This document shows, in pieces, positions 34,417 through 39,684 of a stretch of 39,684 bases of DNA; the stretch's first letter is position 1, and each line of letters opens with the position of its first letter. A model generated the notes under the pieces. The model saw only the letters and a program-made list of their open reading frames with translations, made no database searches and was not told the origin of the DNA. A program made the position numbers and the translations under genes. Source of the stretch: Verrucomicrobiota bacterium (GTDB lineage: Bacteria; Verrucomicrobiota; Verrucomicrobiia; Chthoniobacterales; UBA10450); contig JBDUDH010000052.1 in NCBI GenBank assembly GCA_040003015.1, positions 1-39,684 on the forward strand, read 5' to 3'.

Positions 34417-35946
34417 TTACGCGCGCGGCGCTTCGATGCTCGCGGCGCGCCGCCGGGTTCGCAGCCACTCGTGGAAGACGATCTCGCGTTTGTTTCGCAG
34501 GTAACGACTCGCGATCAGGCTTTTTGTTTGCGCAAACTTTGTCGGATCAATCGGCTCGCGCTGTTCAAAAATCACAATCAATCCGCCATCTGACGTCTGC
34601 ACAAAATTGCTCACTTCTCCAGGGCTCATCTCCGACAAAGTTTCTTTGACGTGTGGAAGATCGGGCGCCTCCGTCTGCGGCGGATTTTCCTTTGTTCCGG
34701 GCGTCAGAGATGTCTCCTCCGCGAATGAGAACGGCGGAAGTTTTTCAGCTTTCAGGCCGTTCTCCTGGACCGCTGCTTCGACTGGTCTTCCCGACTTCAA
34801 TGCCTCACGAATCTGGCGCACGGCGTCGCCGGCTTTGGTCGAAACCATTTCCTCGAGCCATTCGCGTTGGAGGCGCTCCGCAACCTTTGGCCGTGCTTCT
34901 TCGAGCGTGAGCGGGCGGGCCGGGATCACATCGGTGAGATGCAGCACATAAAAGCCGTCCGGCGTTTGAATTGGGTCACTGTTCGGATTCTCTTTTGTCA
35001 GTTGAAACGCCGTCCGCGCGAGCTGCGGATCGGTTTTGATTTGCGGATCGGGCACGGCTTCGGCGAACTCTCCCGTCTCGTGTGGCGGCAGCTGAAACTT
35101 CGTTGTCAGCGCGTCGAAATCAGCGCCTTTTTCCGAAAGCGCCTGGCTGAAGTCATTGGCTTTATCGGCAAGTTTTTGCAGCGCATCGATACGCTCTTTG
35201 CCTTCTAATTTCTTCTGGTCCTGCGTCAGTGCGAACGCCGCGAATTTGATCTTTCGCTTCTCTTCACTTTTCAACTGCGCCTTGTGTGTCTCGTAATACT
35301 TGGCAACGTCGTCGTCGGAAATTTTGACCTCTTTGGCAAGCTCATCCGCACGGAAGCGAATGACGCTGACATTCATTTTCCCGTACGCCTGCTCGTAATC
35401 GGATTCGGTTTCAGCGTCCGAGACTTGAACGCCAGCGCCAAGCAGCTGCTTGAGCCGCTCCATCGACAATTGGTCGGCCGCCAGTTCTTCGATCTCCGAT
35501 TCACTGAATCCCATCGGCGCAAGCTCATGATCGGCGAAATTGGTATACTTGTTTACATCAAAACCATTTTCGCCCCGAAAAGGCGGCAGCGTTTTCACGA
35601 CCTCCGCGATTTCCGGCGCGGTTGCTCGCACTCCCAGTCGATTCGCTTCATGTCGCAAGACCAGCAAGTTCCATGTAAAATTTTCAAACGCTTCCGTATC
35701 AGTTCGCGCGCCGGCAGTGAGCCCCTGAATCAGAGTGGTCATGCCGAGTTCGCCACTCAGCCGCAGCAAACGAGCGTTCCGCTGAAACTCGACGCGGGAG
35801 ACGTTCCGATCGTAAATTTTTCCCACTTGATCACGGCCCATCTCGGAGAAATCGGTGCGATTCCAGTACCAGGAAAAAGAGATGCAAACCAAGGCAGTGA
35901 TGAGAATCATCAAAACCTTATGATGTTTGCGCATTACGGTGATCAT
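34417..35946 (-). CDS. PpiD/SurA-like periplasmic chaperone (membrane-anchored, parvulin-type PPIase family)
   Basis: The N-terminus MITVMRKHHKVLMILITALVCISFSWYW is the typical PpiD-style anchor. A long SurA-N-like helical region follows, then a degenerate rotamase-like segment (DGFYVLHLTDV...). The track ORF extends to 36021, and the start choice is uncertain. Confidence 0.65.
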   Translation of the reverse strand: MITVMRKHHKVLMILITALVCISFSWYWNRTDFSEMGRDQVGKIYDRNVSRVEFQRNARLLRLSGELGMTTLIQGLTAGARTDTEAFENFTWNLLVLRHEANRLGVRATAPEIAEVVKTLPPFRGENGFDVNKYTNFADHELAPMGFSESEIEELAADQLSMERLKQLLGAGVQVSDAETESDYEQAYGKMNVSVIRFRADELAKEVKISDDDVAKYYETHKAQLKSEEKRKIKFAAFALTQDQKKLEGKERIDALQKLADKANDFSQALSEKGADFDALTTKFQLPPHETGEFAEAVPDPQIKTDPQLARTAFQLTKENPNSDPIQTPDGFYVLHLTDVIPARPLTLEEARPKVAERLQREWLEEMVSTKAGDAVRQIREALKSGRPVEAAVQENGLKAEKLPPFSFAEETSLTPGTKENPPQTEAPDLPHVKETLSEMSPGEVSNFVQTSDGGLIVIFEQREPIDPTKFAQTKSLIASRYLRNKREIVFHEWLRTRRRAASIEAPRA

Positions 35947-36172
35947 GGGAGATGGAGAATGGAGTGGCCGGAATTTATGGTCTACCTCCAGCGCAGCAAA
36001 TGTTTTTTGTGCCTTGCTCATGCCGATGAGACTGGCTGCGACAGGCTGGTACGTCTTCTCCGTGAGGCAACGACCGATCGAACCGTTTCTTCGCGCACGA
36101 AATCTTGCACCGCAATGGCAAGACGCTGGAGCCGACAGACGGAGGCGTTTTTAGTTTGCTGGCGGTGCGCGA

Positions 36173-37615
36173 CTAAGACGGGGGTTCGATCTGCTCCGCC
36201 ACCGGATTCATCGTTCGTTTCTGAGTAAGAAATCGTCCCACTTCCTCCGTATAATCGTCGAAGGGATCGCCCATCACGAGAAAATCCCGGCTGTCGCAGG
36301 CGATCGAATCCCAGTTGATCACATAGGGCCGGTTTCGTTTCTGAAAAAACGCGACGGCACGAGAGCGACCCGCTGCGCGAGTGTTCGCCGGCGGAGTAAA
36401 CATCGCTTCCTTCTGTCGCACGCTGTTGTTCCATTCGCCGATCCGCTTCGCCGGCGTGAGCTCGAAAAATAGCCCTTTGTGCGGATCGATGTTGTGATAT
36501 TCGAGGTCAAGACTTTGCAACCAGGGGTCGTCCCATCGCAGATTTTCAGACTTCATGAACATCTCGAGCAACCATTTCTTGGTGATCCAATCGACACCGC
36601 CGATCAGTGATTCCGGTTTTCCGTCCAGAGCTTCAAGCGTAAATCTCCAACTTTCGAGCAGCCAATCAGTCTCCTCACTCGCGCCGCCGAGATGTTCGCG
36701 TGCCAGTTCATAGAATTGCCATTGCACCTCGAGTGCGCCGATCGTGTGCCCATTTTCCAGCTGTACGACCCACCCGCCGCTGGCGTCGTGTGAGATATCG
36801 CGAGTAGCTTGCACAGCGTCCGCCAGGCTTAAATTTTTCGGTAAACATTCATCCTCCAATAACGAGAGCACGCAGGACGTCGTGCCGATTTTCAAAGCGG
36901 TGGCAAAAGGACTCATGTTTGAGTCGCCAATGAGTAAATGCAGCCGGCGATATTTTCGATAATCGGCCAGCGGCTCATCGCGCGCGTTGATGATTGCGCG
37001 ATTGAACTGCACCCATTGATAAATGTCGTTCACGATATGATCGGCCCGCTGGCTGATTTGGAAATCAATTGCGGCATCGGTCTCGGCGATTTCAAAATCG
37101 AACGCCAGCGGGTTCGCCCGGCCGACCCGCCCGGCGCCTGTAAAAATCTGACGCGTCGCGAGAAAGGCGAGGAGCGCCCCGAGCGCCGGCGGCGTGAACT
37201 GCGCGTCGCGCTTCATCACATAATTTTCATGGCAACCGAAGGTCGCGCCGGTCTGATGATCGATGTTGTTTTTGATGAACGAAACACGGTCGGCTATGCC
37301 TAACGACTCCAGCGTGGACTGAAGCAGATCGTCTCCGGCGAGATCGTAGGTAACGATGTCGCGCAGATGCAGGCATTCGGGCGACGCATATTCGATGTGC
37401 CCCATATCGAGATAAATCCGGCCGCCGTTGAGCAAAAAACCGCCATTGCCCGGCGGTTCTTCATAATCGCGGTAGTGCAGGTCGATCGTGCCGGCGTGCG
37501 CTTTGCGAAAAAGATGATTTTTCACCCGCACCGGCCAGGCGTCGCCGTTCGGATGTGGATCGTCGCCGCCGACGAGGCAACCGTATTCGGTTTCGATTCC
37601 GACGATCCGATCCAT
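36173..37615 (-). CDS. Pup-ligase/deamidase family protein (Dop/PafA homologue)
   Basis: From ATG 37615 the protein starts MDRIVGIETEYG. It then shows NGGRIYLDMGHIEYASPEC, GCHENYVM, TRQIFTGAGRVG, FQISQRADHI, INARDEPLADYRKYRRLHLLIGDSNMS, KIGTT, LDLEYHNIDPHKGLF, PPANTRA and INWDSI. The order and spacing match my memory of M. tuberculosis Dop and PafA, and several blocks are closer to Dop. Confidence 0.85.
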   Translation of the reverse strand: MDRIVGIETEYGCLVGGDDPHPNGDAWPVRVKNHLFRKAHAGTIDLHYRDYEEPPGNGGFLLNGGRIYLDMGHIEYASPECLHLRDIVTYDLAGDDLLQSTLESLGIADRVSFIKNNIDHQTGATFGCHENYVMKRDAQFTPPALGALLAFLATRQIFTGAGRVGRANPLAFDFEIAETDAAIDFQISQRADHIVNDIYQWVQFNRAIINARDEPLADYRKYRRLHLLIGDSNMSPFATALKIGTTSCVLSLLEDECLPKNLSLADAVQATRDISHDASGGWVVQLENGHTIGALEVQWQFYELAREHLGGASEETDWLLESWRFTLEALDGKPESLIGGVDWITKKWLLEMFMKSENLRWDDPWLQSLDLEYHNIDPHKGLFFELTPAKRIGEWNNSVRQKEAMFTPPANTRAAGRSRAVAFFQKRNRPYVINWDSIACDSRDFLVMGDPFDDYTEEVGRFLTQKRTMNPVAEQIEPPS

Positions 37616-37682
37616 CGCACGCGAGCATCCATCACGAGCGCGCCGTGGACAAGGCGCAAAACGGAGCGCAGATTGTAGTGCC

Positions 37683-38111
37683 ATGAAAGAATTTCCGTTG
37701 CGCAGCCCGGCCGAGAAGGTCGGTGGTATTGTTTATTTTGGGCGCATGCTCGATAAGATTCGTGTTCACGCCAAAGGTGAATTGCCCGCGGAGTATCAAC
37801 CGAATCTCGGAAAAGGTTTTGACGGACGCTGCATTGCCTTCCTCGGAATTAATTACGACAATCTGATCGGTCGGGTGAAGGAAGGCGACCGCGATGAGGA
37901 AATTCTGGATTGGTGTTTCGAAAAAGGCCGCAAGCCTTCAGACGAGGAGATCGAAGTCTGGAATGATTTTATGCGGAAGCGCGGCTGGAATGATGAAGCC
38001 TCTGAAATTTTGACCCGGCGGAAAAAGGAAAGTGGTTTTTCCGATCGCGTCGAAATCCAGACGATGTTCGATTACATCGACGCTGACGAGGGCCGAAAGC
38101 TGAGGAATTAA
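37683..38111 (+). CDS. DUF5069-domain protein
   Basis: 142 aa. The N-terminal pattern PLRSPAEKVGGIVYFGRMLDKIR matches my recollection of DUF5069. It is divergent from the Dop/PafA homologue with a 67-bp spacer. Confidence 0.6.
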   Translation: MKEFPLRSPAEKVGGIVYFGRMLDKIRVHAKGELPAEYQPNLGKGFDGRCIAFLGINYDNLIGRVKEGDRDEEILDWCFEKGRKPSDEEIEVWNDFMRKRGWNDEASEILTRRKKESGFSDRVEIQTMFDYIDADEGRKLRN

Positions 38112-38346
38112 CTCAAGTTGCCGGCGGGACGGTTGACGCCGATCGGCAGAGAAGAAACCGGCGCAGTGGAGGGATCACTCTACTTCCACCCGCTCGCCAA
38201 TTTTATGCGGTGGGGCAGGCGGCTGGCTGCGGTAGTCGATAAATTTTCAAACCGCGAGCGTGATCAGCAAGAACGAAGATTGCGGCGAAAATCAGCCGCC
38301 CTGGAAGGCGCAGTGAACTCGCTGCCCGGGACTGTGTCATCGCGGT

Positions 38347-38631
38347 TCACTCCGCCAGGGTGTCGATTCGTTCCGCGAGTTCGAAATCAAGTTCGGTGAT
38401 GCCGCCTTTGCTGTGCGTGGAAAGAATCAGGCGCACCTTGTTGTACCGAATATCAATGTCGGGATGATGTTGCTCTTCCTCGGCCACTTCCGCGACTCCG
38501 TTTACAAAGTCGATTGACTCGGAGAAGTCATCGAACTCAAAGGTGCGTTCGAGATGTTTCTTCTCCAGCTCCCATTCCGGAATCTTCTTCAGGCGGGTTT
38601 TCAGCTGGTCCCCTTTGATCAATTCAGCCAT
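38347..38631 (-). CDS. phhB: 4a-hydroxytetrahydrobiopterin (pterin-4-alpha-carbinolamine) dehydratase
   Basis: 94 aa. The motif EEEQHHPDIDIRYNKVRLILSTH is the PCD/DCoH signature. Confidence 0.9.
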   Translation of the reverse strand: MAELIKGDQLKTRLKKIPEWELEKKHLERTFEFDDFSESIDFVNGVAEVAEEEQHHPDIDIRYNKVRLILSTHSKGGITELDFELAERIDTLAE

Positions 38632-38709
38632 AACGCAAAGACGAGTAACATCCTCCGATGCTTTTGCAATGGCGAATCCTGCACGCCTCTTCCGAGGATT
38701 TTTACAGCA

Positions 38710-39684
38710 TTAAAGACCGAGAATTTTACGAAGGTTTTTTGCGGAATCGAAAACGTCGATCGCACACGCGCGTGCATGTTTTGAGAGCGCCGGCCATTCT
38801 CTAAGCACGCGCCTGATCGCTTTTTCTGCCTCGTCGAGATCCCTCACGAACAAAAAGCCGCTCTCCTTTGGCAGAAATCTTTCGGCCCCGGTGTTCTCGG
38901 TGATGACGGGCCGTCCCAGTGCCAGGAAAGTGGCCGCGCGATCGCTCAGCCAACCGGTCCGCCAGGCAACATCCACTCCTTTGATGGACGTAAATTCCGC
39001 CAGGGCTGAGGCAACGTAACGCCGGTAAGCGCCCGGCGTGCGCGCGACGCGATGCGGATCTACAAGGTTCCAGCCAAGTTTTCGCAATCGTAATCTTTCC
39101 GGATCATCAGTATTCATGTTCATTGCCAGCTCGAACTTCGCTTCCGGCACGCGCTTCGGCAGACCGAGGTACGGCTCGAAGGCAAACTTCTTCGAAAGAT
39201 CTGGAAACTTGCCCTCCACTTCCACGGCACCGCCCCAATACCATTGGCCGATCGTTGTCAGCTTCGGCCGAAGCGGTCGCGGTTGTCGTTGCAGCAGCTT
39301 CGTGTCGACTAGTGGATAAAATGTACTCCACTTCAGCGGCGAGTCCGGCAGACGGCAATCGCTCCCATGCGCGTTCAATCCGATCGTCCAGAACTCATGA
39401 TGATAAGATTGGCCCATCTCGAGTTTGTTCATCCAGTAAAAGATCTCACTCGGGTCGAGATCGCAGAAAATTCGTCGCTCGAACTCCAGCAGGAATGGCG
39501 GATGGATGGAGTAACTTAGATTCAGGAGAACGTTCGGCCCGCGAAGACGCGCGAGCAGTTCGCCCCGCGAGATTCCGATGCAACGCATGGTTTCGAGGTC
39601 ATGAACATCGGATGCCGGCTCCTGGTGAAGGAGGCAATACCGGTGCGACAAGCCATGCTCGCGCAGACGGCGCTGAAAATTCAC
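38710..39684 (-). CDS. Putative glycosyltransferase (CgeB/Glyco_trans_1_2-like C-terminal domain), 5' end outside the window
   Basis: The ORF is open to the right edge of the window. The C-terminal third (WLSDRAATFLALGRPVITENTGAERFLPKESGFLFVRDLDEAEKAIRRVL) resembles the GT-B C-terminal domain of CgeB-type glycosyltransferases. The assignment is tentative. Confidence 0.45.
   Translation of the reverse strand: MNFQRRLREHGLSHRYCLLHQEPASDVHDLETMRCIGISRGELLARLRGPNVLLNLSYSIHPPFLLEFERRIFCDLDPSEIFYWMNKLEMGQSYHHEFWTIGLNAHGSDCRLPDSPLKWSTFYPLVDTKLLQRQPRPLRPKLTTIGQWYWGGAVEVEGKFPDLSKKFAFEPYLGLPKRVPEAKFELAMNMNTDDPERLRLRKLGWNLVDPHRVARTPGAYRRYVASALAEFTSIKGVDVAWRTGWLSDRAATFLALGRPVITENTGAERFLPKESGFLFVRDLDEAEKAIRRVLREWPALSKHARACAIDVFDSAKNLRKILGL

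Noticed and set aside
36121-36155. Plus-strand hairpin followed by TTTTT between two minus-strand genes
   Set aside because: The stem is only 4+3 bp with an internal loop (ACGC..CCG..CGG..GCGT), and no plus-strand gene ends nearby. It is too weak to call a terminator or an antisense RNA end.
36022-36172. Search for a Pup/UBact-like small ORF next to the Dop/PafA homologue
   Set aside because: I translated the minus strand of the spacer. The only open frame is the tail of a 138-aa overlapping ORF ending ...SLSQPVSSA. It has no GG-Q/E or Gln/Glu terminus and no acidic disordered character. The 38112-38346 gap gave only a 44-codon ORF ending ...ACPTA.
35284-36228. 314-aa plus-strand ORF opposite the PpiD-like gene and the 3' end of the Dop/PafA homologue
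   Set aside because: It overlaps two better-supported minus-strand genes and has no motifs, so it is a shadow ORF.
38118-38399. 93-aa plus-strand ORF in the gap between the DUF5069 gene and the pterin dehydratase gene
   Set aside because: It overlaps the 3' end of the well-supported dehydratase gene, has an Arg-rich composition and shows no motif. The gap probably holds 3' UTRs or terminators of the convergent genes.
1-39684. Window-wide look for tRNA/rRNA genes, CRISPR repeats, IS elements, integrases, prophage or known defence genes
   Set aside because: I saw no T-loop-type GGTTCGA(A/T)TCC motif outside coding sequence, no regularly spaced direct repeats, and no transposase, integrase or recombinase-like ORFs. 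None of the ORFs resembled nucleases, helicases or other typical defence modules. The window looks like core chromosome rather than an accessory island.

Overview
This is a dense 39.7-kb chromosomal segment with about 40 protein-coding genes on both strands. I found no rRNA, tRNA, CRISPR array, transposase or integrase. Most of the content is housekeeping. It includes the kynurenine pathway (kynU fragment, kynB), mutL, gmd, uppP, purA, uppS, hemW, queA, a family-4 uracil-DNA glycosylase, zwf-opcA, glyA, ispH, ku, an M13 peptidase, a PpiD-like chaperone and a pterin dehydratase. Cell-envelope genes (GT39-like and GT4 glycosyltransferases, an M23 peptidase, an L,D-transpeptidase) and several uncharacterised proteins are interspersed. 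The gene content (OpcA, long plant/cyanobacterial-type IspH, DUF5069, a Pup-ligase-family enzyme), frequent weak or absent Shine-Dalgarno sequences and the type of intergenic palindromes suggest a soil Verrucomicrobia/PVC-type bacterium; this is inference only. Six items deserve follow-up. (1) A translationally coupled trio, 20432-23900, of a GT4 glycosyltransferase, an exported DUF547 protein and a 490-aa radical SAM enzyme whose motif order resembles the MJ0619/Tes class. (2) A catalytically intact-looking Dop/PafA (Pup-ligase family) homologue, 36173-37615, with no Pup/UBact, proteasome or Mpa gene nearby. (3) An in-frame fusion of a low-molecular-weight phosphatase domain to serine hydroxymethyltransferase. 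(4) Two structured intergenic palindromic elements. (5) An unannotated 50-codon DUF3309-like membrane sORF. (6) A long-form IspH and a solitary Ku. All functional calls come from motif recognition by eye. No database search was run.
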